Made by a program: the position numbers and the translations under genes. From a virus, in the IMG/VR virus record IMGVR_UViG_3300028198_000256, positions 1 to 64,000 of that record: 64,000 nucleotides of DNA; one strand, written 5' to 3'. This document shows, piece after piece, positions 50,223 to 59,498 of this stretch (within the stretch, counting starts at the first letter, position 1; the number at the start of each line of letters is the position of its first letter). The notes beneath the pieces were generated by a model that saw nothing but the letters and a program-made list of their open reading frames with translations, did not search any database and was not told the DNA's origin.

Positions 50223-50556
50223 AATACCGTGATGGTTTTTCAGGCCAAAAAACAGTTTCAGTCGGTTGACCAGTTGCCAACTCTTCTTCATAAATTTCAT
50301 TGGGTAAGTCTCTCAATTCTTGTCTATACTCCATCCATTCATTTAAATATTCATGAACAGATGAATATCTCGCATAAGGATCACGAAATTTAGCATCATC
50401 CTTATCTCTAATATGAATCTCATTATCTGTATATGTCTTACCAAGCACCGTATATGGACGTGGTAATTTAACACTTACATCTACGCCAATCCAATCACTT
50501 TCTTCCAATAATTCATCACGTTTTTTTCTCAATTCAATCATATCCATAACAACCAC
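50221..50556 (-). CDS. Tail-fibre-assembly-chaperone-like domain protein
   Basis: RKKRDELLEESDW...WMEYRQELRDLP...WPEKP. Confidence 0.7.
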   Translation of the reverse strand: MVVMDMIELRKKRDELLEESDWIGVDVSVKLPRPYTVLGKTYTDNEIHIRDKDDAKFRDPYARYSSVHEYLNEWMEYRQELRDLPNEIYEEELATGQPTETVFWPEKPSRY

Positions 50557-50670
50557 CTATTAACTTAAAATATTAACTACTAATGCAACTGAAGCACCAA
50601 TAGACCATAGTGTTAACAATTCATAATCAACAACAACCTCAACTCTACCATCAATCAATCGTACCAACAT

Positions 50671-50752
50671 AATATACTCCAAAAAATAAACTCAATAACC
50701 CCAACTCACAGTAATATTATCTCATACTTTTGTATAAATGTCAAGATTTATT
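50671..50752 (-). promoter_or_regulatory. Repeated early promoter cassette, copy 6
   Basis: TTGACA (50739-50744), 17 nt, GATAAT; full leader and GGAG. Confidence 0.9.
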
Positions 50753-50932
50753 TGTATATATATTATAAAATATATACAATGCAAAGACAACCATAATAGG
50801 GAATAACAATATATAACTAACGGCTTCTAAAAATGTCATTTCTGATACAAATAAAACCAAAATCTCCCAATTAGTCTTATCAGGCATTATTCTCATTAGG
50901 AATTCTGAATATAATACCCCAAAACCCACCAT
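50741..50932 (-). CDS. Small membrane protein
   Basis: Hydrophobic 63-aa ORF. Confidence 0.4.
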   Translation of the reverse strand: MVGFGVLYSEFLMRIMPDKTNWEILVLFVSEMTFLEAVSYILLFPIMVVFALYIFYNIYTNKS

Positions 50933-51049
50933 ACTATGAAAGGTAATGTGATTATAAAATGGGATAAAAATGTAGTCTTATTACACCTTAAAATATATAA
51001 CATAGGTTTCTTCATATCACACCTCTTACATACCATTTTTCTAATGCCA

Positions 51050-51949
51050 TTATGTTAAGAAAAAATCATCCAATACAGTTGACGTTGAAGACGTTATATT
51101 ATTATGTTTAATATTATCAACTCCCATTTCAAAATCAGGTCTATTTTTATCCGATTCATTAATAATAATAACATCTTTAAGATCTGTTACATCTTTCCAT
51201 TGTAGTTTATCTTTTTTTGGATAATTCTTAGTCCAATTCATAGACGATAATTTAAGTAATATTTTAGCAGAACGTTTATCTAATGGATATATGTATCTAA
51301 ACATATAACCCTTATATCTACGTATACCACGTTCTTTCATAAATCCTGTGGTCAACCAACTCAACTTATCTTTTTTAAACATATCATCATTACGTCTTTC
51401 CCACTCTACATTTTCTTTACATAAATCTTTACTACTTCTTGGATGTAATTTCTCACCATTTTCCATCATATAAACATCTGTCCAATACCGTTCACCAAAA
51501 TAAAAATTAGATGCTTGATAAACATATCCACATTTACCCATAATTCCATCTGCCATAGTATACAAATATTTACAATTAGTATTCCGTTTAATCCACCTAA
51601 TACTTGATGATATCATGCAAGACCCATATGACTTAGTTCCATTTAATTTAGGTAACAAACACATTTTACCAATTTCAAAATAATAATTAGTCAAAGAATG
51701 TTTATATCCAGAACTCCGAACATTTGGAACATTCAATTCAAACAATTCATCCTTCAACGTTGGTAATATTTTAGCAATAGTATGTCTTGGTCGTGTACCC
51801 CACCCCAATGTCATAACTCCTGATAATTCATCCTTTAAAAAAAACCCAAGATAATGTGTAGTTAGTGCCGGCATAACTGGTGAATAATGATACTTTTCTA
51901 TAAACATAACAGCTGTTATTTTATCAATTTTTTTTACTTCAAACTTCAT
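51050..51949 (-). CDS. Mom-like GNAT-family DNA modification protein
   Basis: FIEKYHYS, GVMTLGWG, EIGKMC, YTMADG..G.CGYVYQASNFYFG, FRYIYPL. Confidence 0.75.
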   Translation of the reverse strand: MKFEVKKIDKITAVMFIEKYHYSPVMPALTTHYLGFFLKDELSGVMTLGWGTRPRHTIAKILPTLKDELFELNVPNVRSSGYKHSLTNYYFEIGKMCLLPKLNGTKSYGSCMISSSIRWIKRNTNCKYLYTMADGIMGKCGYVYQASNFYFGERYWTDVYMMENGEKLHPRSSKDLCKENVEWERRNDDMFKKDKLSWLTTGFMKERGIRRYKGYMFRYIYPLDKRSAKILLKLSSMNWTKNYPKKDKLQWKDVTDLKDVIIINESDKNRPDFEMGVDNIKHNNITSSTSTVLDDFFLT

Positions 51950-53048
51950 AATACTCCATAAGTTCTAATGATTCAGCAACCATTAAATTAGTGATTCTAC
52001 CATTATGTGTATATATACCATTTGTGAAATTAGGATCCACGTTATCAAGACCCATATCAGCCAAAACAGTTATATATGGTAATGTCGCCTTAGTAAGTAT
52101 GTTAGTAGCACTTTTAGGATATGCACCGGGCATATTAGACACACAATAATGAATAACCCCATGGTGCATAAATACAGGGTTCTGATGACTCCTAATATGT
52201 GACGTTTCAATGCAACCACCTTGGTCAATAGACACATCAACCACCACCGAACCGTTCCTCATACTTTTTACCATATCTTCAGTAACAACAATAGGAGATT
52301 TCTTTCCTGGTATTGAAACTGCACCAATAACTAAATCAGCATCTTTAACAGCAGGCTCCAAATTCCATGAAGTGGAACACTTATATTCAATAGAAGTATC
52401 CATATGACCTCTACTCAAATACTCCCAACGATAATCGGTTTCCAACCCTAAAATAATAACATTAGCACCCATCCCATTTGCCATCTCAGCCGCATGTCTA
52501 CCAACAACACCATCACCAACAACTACCACATTACCAGAATTAACACCATTAATTTTTCCTAGTTGTACACCAGACCCATCAAAAAACATTGACTTATCTG
52601 TATACTGAAGATAATAACTACCAATAGTAACCGCCATATTACCAGCAATAGCAGACATAGGTGACAACAACGGTAAATTACCAAAATTATCTGTTATTGA
52701 TTCATATGCTATGGCAGTAGTATTGGTGGATAATAATTTAAGTGTCAGTTCTTTATCTACACCCGCAAGATGAAGATAAGTAAATAATATTTGCCCATTA
52801 AAATATTTGTATTCTTCCACTTGAGGTTCTTTAACTTTAACCACAAGATCCGAATCCCATGCATAAAAGTCGTGGCATATTGTCGCACCGGATGATATGT
52901 AATCATCATCCGAATAACCAGAACCAACCCCAGCTTCAAATGTTACACATACAGAGTGACCTCTATCAACCAATTCACGCACACCATTTGGGGTAATTGC
53001 TACCCTATGTTCGTTTTCCTTTATTTCTTTGATTAATCCAATTTTCAT
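51939..53048 (-). CDS. ald: Alanine dehydrogenase
   Basis: KEIKENEHRVAITP, KVKEP, FTYLHLA, LPLLSPMS, DVSIDQGGCIET, YCVSNMPGA. Confidence 0.96.
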   Translation of the reverse strand: MKIGLIKEIKENEHRVAITPNGVRELVDRGHSVCVTFEAGVGSGYSDDDYISSGATICHDFYAWDSDLVVKVKEPQVEEYKYFNGQILFTYLHLAGVDKELTLKLLSTNTTAIAYESITDNFGNLPLLSPMSAIAGNMAVTIGSYYLQYTDKSMFFDGSGVQLGKINGVNSGNVVVVGDGVVGRHAAEMANGMGANVIILGLETDYRWEYLSRGHMDTSIEYKCSTSWNLEPAVKDADLVIGAVSIPGKKSPIVVTEDMVKSMRNGSVVVDVSIDQGGCIETSHIRSHQNPVFMHHGVIHYCVSNMPGAYPKSATNILTKATLPYITVLADMGLDNVDPNFTNGIYTHNGRITNLMVAESLELMEYYEV

Positions 53049-53652
53049 ATTTAGTCCTCACTGATTCAACTTCCATCAATCTAGGAAGAATTTCATTAAT
53101 AACCCCTATATACAATTCAGATTCAGTAGCACGACAAGCATCACCTAACGATTGCACATCATCATTATCTCTAACTAAAACTAAATTCTGTTTCAATATC
53201 GGTCCAGAATCATATTCATCAGTAACAATATGTACAGTAACTCCTGTAACCTTATCATTAGACTCTAAGACTGATTTATATATATCATCACCAAACATAT
53301 TACCATGTTTAGGCAATAATGATGGATGGATGTTTAATATTCTATTTTCATACCCATTCAATACTATATTATTAACATGTTTCCTGTATCCAGACAACAC
53401 TACCAGATCAGTTGCAACTGATTTTAATTTATTAAAAATAGCATTATCTTCGTCATGTAGATTAGTTTTACCAGATATTATAGAAACATTAATACCATTA
53501 TCATGACACCATTGAACTATAGGAGCATCTTTATTATTACATATAACAACACCAACTTCAGCTACAATTCTCCATGAATTAATTGCTCCTATAACATCCC
53601 TAGCAGCAGTACCACCATCTGACGCCAAAAAACTAATAATTGGTGTCTTCAT
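53005..53652 (-). CDS. purN: Phosphoribosylglycinamide formyltransferase
   Basis: ILNIHPSLLPKHG, TGVTVH.V..EYDSGPI. Confidence 0.9.
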   Translation of the reverse strand: MKTPIISFLASDGGTAARDVIGAINSWRIVAEVGVVICNNKDAPIVQWCHDNGINVSIISGKTNLHDEDNAIFNKLKSVATDLVVLSGYRKHVNNIVLNGYENRILNIHPSLLPKHGNMFGDDIYKSVLESNDKVTGVTVHIVTDEYDSGPILKQNLVLVRDNDDVQSLGDACRATESELYIGVINEILPRLMEVESVRTKYENWINQRNKGKRT

Positions 53653-53656
53653 AATA

Positions 53657-55780
53657 TCACCTCAAATCTTTATCAAAATCATCTACCATAATTGATTCAT
53701 GTTCTAAAATTCCATCTAATTCGCCTTTCAGATTAGACTCATATGCCCTTTCTAAAATATTTAATGCATCCTTTGTATTAGATGATGTAAAAGTTTTATC
53801 TGTCAACCTAGACCTTGCATCAAATCCTAATGCAGATTTAATTGAATTAGGAACATTGACCACCGACTTCACCATTCTACTATTCAACTTATCTGATGGA
53901 CCCTTATATCTTCTACCAAATGGAAATATCAAACGTCTTAATATAAACCCAATGAACTTTGAAGGATAATTGTCTAAAATGTCCTCAAACGATTTCTGTA
54001 TATTATATAATCCAGACTCAGCACCCCATGTAACATATAATATATCATTCTTCTTATCCATATCATCAGTATCTTCGTAACGTTTTAATACCGCAGATGT
54101 CATATACAACTCTGAAAATGCATCTGCAAATCTACCAGTTATTCTTTGTCGTTTCTTAAGATCAGCACCCAACACCGATATACTTATATCAGATAACAAT
54201 GCAAAGTTCTTTGATTCCAATTCAATACGTTTATAATACTTACCAATTTCACATGATGCGTCTTTTGGTTTAGATATAAACATACCACCAGTAATATTAT
54301 GATATAATGACCCAAATATATTACCAATAGTATATTTAAGATGACCCATTAACGCCTTATTAAATGCAATCGCATCACCACATTCAGCAGAAGTTACTTC
54401 ATCTTTTATAAATGGATGACACCGTAAAGATCCTTGAGAAAATACAATTAGAGATCTCGTTAATATATTCGCACCCTCAACAGTATTAGCAATAGGTTGT
54501 GTTATATAATAATTCAATAATAAATTATTAGGACCATCAGATATACCCTTTCCAGCCAAAATGTCCATACCATCAATAATACATTGTCGCATCCTTTCAG
54601 TACATTGATATTTCAACATGGCAGAAATAACAGATGGTTTTTCACCATTTACTATTGCAGTAGTAGTGAGATTACACGCAGCCTCTACAACATAACATTG
54701 TCCAATTATCCTAGACAATGGCTCTTCAATACCTTCCATCTTGGAAATTGGAATTTTAAATTGTTTTCTTATCCTAGAATATGCAGTAGTAACTTTTAAT
54801 GTATGTTTAATACCAGCCATAGATAATGATGGTAATGATATTGCCCTACCAGCCGCAAGACACGCCATTAACATTCGCCAACCCTTTCCTACCCCATCAA
54901 TTCCACCTATAACATGATTCAATGGTAAAAATACATCTTTACCATAATTTGGTCCATTCATAAATGCTTGTCTAGCAGGATAATGTCTGCGTCCTATACG
55001 AACACCCTTAGTATCAGTTGGAACTAATACTAAACTTATACCCTCAACAGGAGGCGAATGCTCAGATTCTTTCAATAACTCATCAGGATCCACAATATGA
55101 CACGCAACACCAAGTAATGTAGATACTGGTCCTAGTGTGATATATCGTTTTTCCCAATTTAATCTAATACCTAATACCTTTTCACCGTCATATTCCCCAT
55201 ATTCAACAACACCATAATCTTCCATCGCCGCAGCATCTGAACCAGAATATGGTCCTGTTAATGCAAATGCCGGTATATCTTTACCTGATGATAATGTAGG
55301 TAACCATTTATCTTTTTGTTCTTGTGTGCCAAACTCATAAAGCAATTCACCAGGACCCAAAGAATTTGGAACCATAGTAGTAATTGCTAATGATATACTT
55401 CTTGATGCTAAAATTGATATGATACACGATTGTGCATATGCTGAAAATTCCAAACCACCATATTCTTTCTTGATATTAAGTGCAAAAAAACCATTATCTT
55501 TTAAATAATCCCACACCTCAACTGGTAAATCTTTATGTATAACATTAACTTCCCAATCAGACACCATTTCACAAACAGTATCAACTTCAGAGTTAATGAA
55601 ATCATGTTCTTCTTGTGTTAATTTAGTTTGTTCTGTATTTAATAATATATCCCAGTTTGGTCTACCACCAAATAACTCAGATTCCCACCATACTGTACCG
55701 GCATCTAAAGCCTCTCTTTCAGTATTTGATATCTTTGGTAATATCTTTTGGAATAATTTCATACCATATTCATTCATCAT
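53657..55780 (-). CDS. fadE: Acyl-CoA dehydrogenase FadE, lacking the N-terminal membrane anchor
   Basis: LPKISNTEREALDAGTVWW, MVPNSLGPGELL, FALTGPYSGSDA, TVEGANILTRSL. Confidence 0.95.
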   Translation of the reverse strand: MMNEYGMKLFQKILPKISNTEREALDAGTVWWESELFGGRPNWDILLNTEQTKLTQEEHDFINSEVDTVCEMVSDWEVNVIHKDLPVEVWDYLKDNGFFALNIKKEYGGLEFSAYAQSCIISILASRSISLAITTMVPNSLGPGELLYEFGTQEQKDKWLPTLSSGKDIPAFALTGPYSGSDAAAMEDYGVVEYGEYDGEKVLGIRLNWEKRYITLGPVSTLLGVACHIVDPDELLKESEHSPPVEGISLVLVPTDTKGVRIGRRHYPARQAFMNGPNYGKDVFLPLNHVIGGIDGVGKGWRMLMACLAAGRAISLPSLSMAGIKHTLKVTTAYSRIRKQFKIPISKMEGIEEPLSRIIGQCYVVEAACNLTTTAIVNGEKPSVISAMLKYQCTERMRQCIIDGMDILAGKGISDGPNNLLLNYYITQPIANTVEGANILTRSLIVFSQGSLRCHPFIKDEVTSAECGDAIAFNKALMGHLKYTIGNIFGSLYHNITGGMFISKPKDASCEIGKYYKRIELESKNFALLSDISISVLGADLKKRQRITGRFADAFSELYMTSAVLKRYEDTDDMDKKNDILYVTWGAESGLYNIQKSFEDILDNYPSKFIGFILRRLIFPFGRRYKGPSDKLNSRMVKSVVNVPNSIKSALGFDARSRLTDKTFTSSNTKDALNILERAYESNLKGELDGILEHESIMVDDFDKDLR

Positions 55781-55912
55781 ATATCATACCTCTAAAATAA
55801 AATAAAATCCACCACCCATACTATTATATATAACATTAATGGTATACCAAATGTCAATACAGACATCCAAACCGACTTAGTAACAGATTTACACAACCCA
55901 TTACATTGATAA

Positions 55913-56080
55913 TTAATCTTTTCCCTTATTCTCTCCATCCTTGACTGTACTAATTCTTCCACTTTCTTTATTCTCCGTTTTTTGTTTATTATTAAATATC
56001 ATATCCCAATTATCTCTATATTGTTTATTACTTACTTTAGATTTTATAGAATCTCCTGTTATATCATTCTTAGCTACCAT
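55913..56080 (-). CDS. Small conserved T4-like protein (55 aa, not in track)
   Basis: MVAKNDITGDSIKSK..NKQYRDNWDMIF. Confidence 0.65.
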   Translation of the reverse strand: MVAKNDITGDSIKSKVSNKQYRDNWDMIFNNKQKTENKESGRISTVKDGENKGKD

Positions 56081-56372
56081 TTTCTATTTTTCTGTTTAAT
56101 TTTTCTATTTTTCTGTTTAATTTGTCGCGATTCCGTTTAAGAGATTTAATCTCACGTTTTAAGTTTCTCACATCATCCAAATACCGGTTTGCATCATTTA
56201 TATCACCACATTTAGCCTCCATACGATTACCAATGCTCTGTAATTCCTCCAGTAATCCCATAACAATTGAAAAGTTTCGTGTTTTATAACAAGAACGCAT
56301 TTCATCTATCACAGTACAAAAATATCTATTTGCCATAAATTCCTCCTCATCTATCCAAATTTCTTTTTTCAT
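56070..56372 (-). CDS. Hypothetical coiled-coil protein with a 21-nt tandem repeat (KLNRKIE x2)
   Basis: NRYFCTVIDEMRSC.KT.NF. Confidence 0.65.
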   Translation of the reverse strand: MKKEIWIDEEEFMANRYFCTVIDEMRSCYKTRNFSIVMGLLEELQSIGNRMEAKCGDINDANRYLDDVRNLKREIKSLKRNRDKLNRKIEKLNRKIENGS

Positions 56373-56373
56373 A

Positions 56374-58554
56374 TTAAGCAACCATTCTTGCAAATTCTTG
56401 TGCAATCAACTTGTTAGATTTCTTGTTCTTTTGGAACTTTTTAAAATCACGTTTGATTGTATTCATTCTCTTACGGTCTGTTGTAAACAAAGGGTCATCA
56501 TCAGCAACTGTTACAAATTCATCATCTTCTGCCTGTAACCGTTTATCATGAACCACAATGTAACGGTCATAAAACTCATTATCCGAATCAATTTTATCAT
56601 GAACAATATATCCCACTTTTGGATTAACCAATTTACGATATGATGTTAAGAAAAAACCAATTACATTATATCGTTTTCGTAATGCATCAAACATCGCCTT
56701 TTGATATAATTTAGTTCTTGAATAATATGAATAAATACCACCCACGTTCGCCTCAAGTCTACCATAACCTTCAACATCAAAAACTACAACCTTTTGATCA
56801 CCATAACCCAAACTTTTAGTTCTGATATCTTGTGCCTGACCATCAGTCAGGAAAACCACATTCATCTTTTCAGTATTATGTTTCTTAACAAAATCATCCG
56901 CAAGAATTAATGAGTAAGCAGCAGTTTCAATTAATGGTGTTCCACCCATTGAAAACAGTTTCTCTTTCATCCAAGCATTACCACCTGTCAATGTTTCAGA
57001 AGAAAACATAACTCGTTGAGTCATTTTGTTCTGTTTACTCGTTGTCCAACTAGAATCGGCAATTTTAATCATTCCTAATGCATAATTGGCAAGGTCATAT
57101 TTACCATAATCTTCACCTTTACCAAACATGTTTCTTTTGCCATTATCTTTCCATTTTTTACCATTAGTAGTAAATGTATATAATTCATATGGAATACCAA
57201 CACGTTTCGCAAACATAATCAAAATAACAGACTGTTTTACGGTTTCATATAAACGACCCCACATAGAACTAGAGAAATCAACATACATCAATAATCCATG
57301 ATTCTTAGCATCAGGAAATGACATGATTGACTTGAAAATATGATCGTCTAACTTATATTGCCACAATTTATCCACATCAATTGAACCACTTGTAGACTGT
57401 CTTGCCTTTCTTGATTCCATTGCAGATTTACGAAGTTCAAATTGTTGAACCATAGCATTTACTGCGGGTTTAACATCACGAATAAACTCTTTATATCTTA
57501 CATTAATGAACTCATCATGATAAATTTGCATAGCGGGTTGATTATTCTTCATTTCTAAGAATTCAGTATAACTTCTCTCCACCTCTTCATCAGTATATAA
57601 AAACTCATTAACCAATTGTTCCTTTGTGAATTTAAGATATGAAGTACCACTACCCTCATTAATCATCTTATTTTCATTCTTTCTAAATGCATCATCAGTA
57701 ACAGAATGATATGGATCTTCACCAGTAGTATCACCAGTATCAGAAAGTCCACCACCAGAAGAAGAAGAAACATTATCTTCTTCAACACTATTATCATCAG
57801 TAACATTAGCATCAGCATCAGTATCAGAAGAACCAGATTCTAATGAGTCATCACCATCTTCTGAAGATTCAGTATCACCAACATCAGAATTTAAACTTTC
57901 AGACAATCCAGAAGAATCTTCAGATTCTTCAGATTCTTCTGAATCACCAGAACCATCACTTGATTGTTGCTGCTGTTGCTGTTGTGGTTGCTGCTGTTCA
58001 TCAAGAAACTCCATCAACTCACGTGAAACTCTAACTGTATCATCCCAAGTATCAATTTGAAATACTTTAGACATCATAACAGATTCTTTAAATGAAAACT
58101 TAATATCAATAGTTTTTGATAACTTAGCCTTCAAATTCAATCTATCAAGAAATCCCAAAGTATCAACATCAACATCTTTAATACCAAAGAAATTATCTGC
58201 AACTAAATGACGATATCCTTTTAGGAAATCATTAATTAATCCAGGATAAAATTCACGAACAAGACGTTCAATACGAACATCTTCAACAATATTTAAAATA
58301 GAATGTGGTATATCTTCAATATCAGGTAATAACTTATTTATACTTTCATCATGACTGAAAATACTAGGTGTATATAATGCATGACCAACCTCATGTCCAA
58401 TGAACAGAGTGGCAGCATCTTTATATTCTTCTTTCAATAATGGCAATCTAAGAATACGATTAGTAGGGTCAAATGAAGCAGTTCTAAAATTACCCTCAAT
58501 AACTTCTAAATCTTCTCTTGCCATTAATTTGGAAAGTAGTGAAGTGTTTAACAT
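56374..58554 (-). CDS. CobT-like metallopeptidase plus vWA domain protein
   Basis: HEVGHALYT, NIVEDVRIE, polyQ and S/D/E-rich linker, DFSSSM MIDAS, GGTPL, FLTDG. Confidence 0.88.
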   Translation of the reverse strand: MLNTSLLSKLMAREDLEVIEGNFRTASFDPTNRILRLPLLKEEYKDAATLFIGHEVGHALYTPSIFSHDESINKLLPDIEDIPHSILNIVEDVRIERLVREFYPGLINDFLKGYRHLVADNFFGIKDVDVDTLGFLDRLNLKAKLSKTIDIKFSFKESVMMSKVFQIDTWDDTVRVSRELMEFLDEQQQPQQQQQQQSSDGSGDSEESEESEDSSGLSESLNSDVGDTESSEDGDDSLESGSSDTDADANVTDDNSVEEDNVSSSSGGGLSDTGDTTGEDPYHSVTDDAFRKNENKMINEGSGTSYLKFTKEQLVNEFLYTDEEVERSYTEFLEMKNNQPAMQIYHDEFINVRYKEFIRDVKPAVNAMVQQFELRKSAMESRKARQSTSGSIDVDKLWQYKLDDHIFKSIMSFPDAKNHGLLMYVDFSSSMWGRLYETVKQSVILIMFAKRVGIPYELYTFTTNGKKWKDNGKRNMFGKGEDYGKYDLANYALGMIKIADSSWTTSKQNKMTQRVMFSSETLTGGNAWMKEKLFSMGGTPLIETAAYSLILADDFVKKHNTEKMNVVFLTDGQAQDIRTKSLGYGDQKVVVFDVEGYGRLEANVGGIYSYYSRTKLYQKAMFDALRKRYNVIGFFLTSYRKLVNPKVGYIVHDKIDSDNEFYDRYIVVHDKRLQAEDDEFVTVADDDPLFTTDRKRMNTIKRDFKKFQKNKKSNKLIAQEFARMVA

Positions 58555-58579
58555 TTAATTTACCTCTTTATTAACTTAT

Positions 58580-58625
58580 ATAGAGAGTATATCATACTTT
58601 AACCGATATGTCAAGAACTATTTTA
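58580..58625 (-). promoter_or_regulatory. Early promoter related to the cassette family
   Basis: TTGACA (58609-58614), 17 nt ending AAAGTATGA, TATACT. Confidence 0.8.
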
Positions 58626-59498
58626 TAAAAATTCATCCAATGTTGATACGTTACTCTTATAATTCATCAATAACAATTCCTTTCTTTTCTTTTGATTCTC
58701 CACATATGACGTTAACTGATTATTCATGGTGTATGTGAGATCCCATTCCTCTTGAGTCCATTCACTATACCATTCACGCAGAGTTGGATTGGAATTATAT
58801 GTAATCATACACGTATTACCAGACTTTGATACCTTTTCATAGAATTCTCTATGATTAAATCCTTTATGCATCGAACCATCCTTTCCATATAAAGAATCCT
58901 TGATATCATATGGCGGATCCAGAAACAAAAATACATTCGGGTCATCATCAATTAATTCAGAATAATCTAGGTTCGTGATTTTCCAATTCTTGATAATCTT
59001 TCCGAATATTGTTAACGATTCTATTACCCTAAAGTTGAAACAATCTCTCATTGCCCATGTTGACATAGTACCAGATTCAGTTAAACCAGAGAAAGACATT
59101 CTATTCATAGCATACCATCTCCATCCAACCTCAAATGGGTCTGTCTGATCTCCTATCTCCGATTTCATTTCATTGAACAATTCACGACTCTTGTCCACAT
59201 CATCTCCTACTGATTCCTTCTTTTTCTTTAAAATATTGACTAATTGTTCGGTATCACTCTGCAAAGTAATCCAGAAATAATATAGATTCTGATACTTATC
59301 ATTTATATGAATGGGAATATTTGGGAATAAACGTGCAAATGCCAAGGAAGGAGACCCCCCACCACCGAAAGCATCTCGGTACTGGGTAATCTCCTTTATA
59401 TTGGCTGGAAGTTTGGTATCATGAAACAAATACTTCATTGCCTTTGATTTACCACCTGGATACCTTAGTGGTGTTTTATAGTTGTTTAACGACCTCAC
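58623..59498 (-). CDS. dam: DNA adenine methyltransferase (Dam/D12 family)
   Basis: TPLRYPGGKSKA, FGGGGS, FLFLDPPY. Confidence 0.93.
   Translation of the reverse strand: MRSLNNYKTPLRYPGGKSKAMKYLFHDTKLPANIKEITQYRDAFGGGGSPSLAFARLFPNIPIHINDKYQNLYYFWITLQSDTEQLVNILKKKKESVGDDVDKSRELFNEMKSEIGDQTDPFEVGWRWYAMNRMSFSGLTESGTMSTWAMRDCFNFRVIESLTIFGKIIKNWKITNLDYSELIDDDPNVFLFLDPPYDIKDSLYGKDGSMHKGFNHREFYEKVSKSGNTCMITYNSNPTLREWYSEWTQEEWDLTYTMNNQLTSYVENQKKRKELLLMNYKSNVSTLDEFL

Noticed and set aside
46345-50752. Repeated ~90-bp elements as a CRISPR array or attC-type integron
   Set aside because: Spacing is irregular and gene-sized, the repeats are non-palindromic sigma70 promoters with an RBS, and no cas or integrase gene is in the window.
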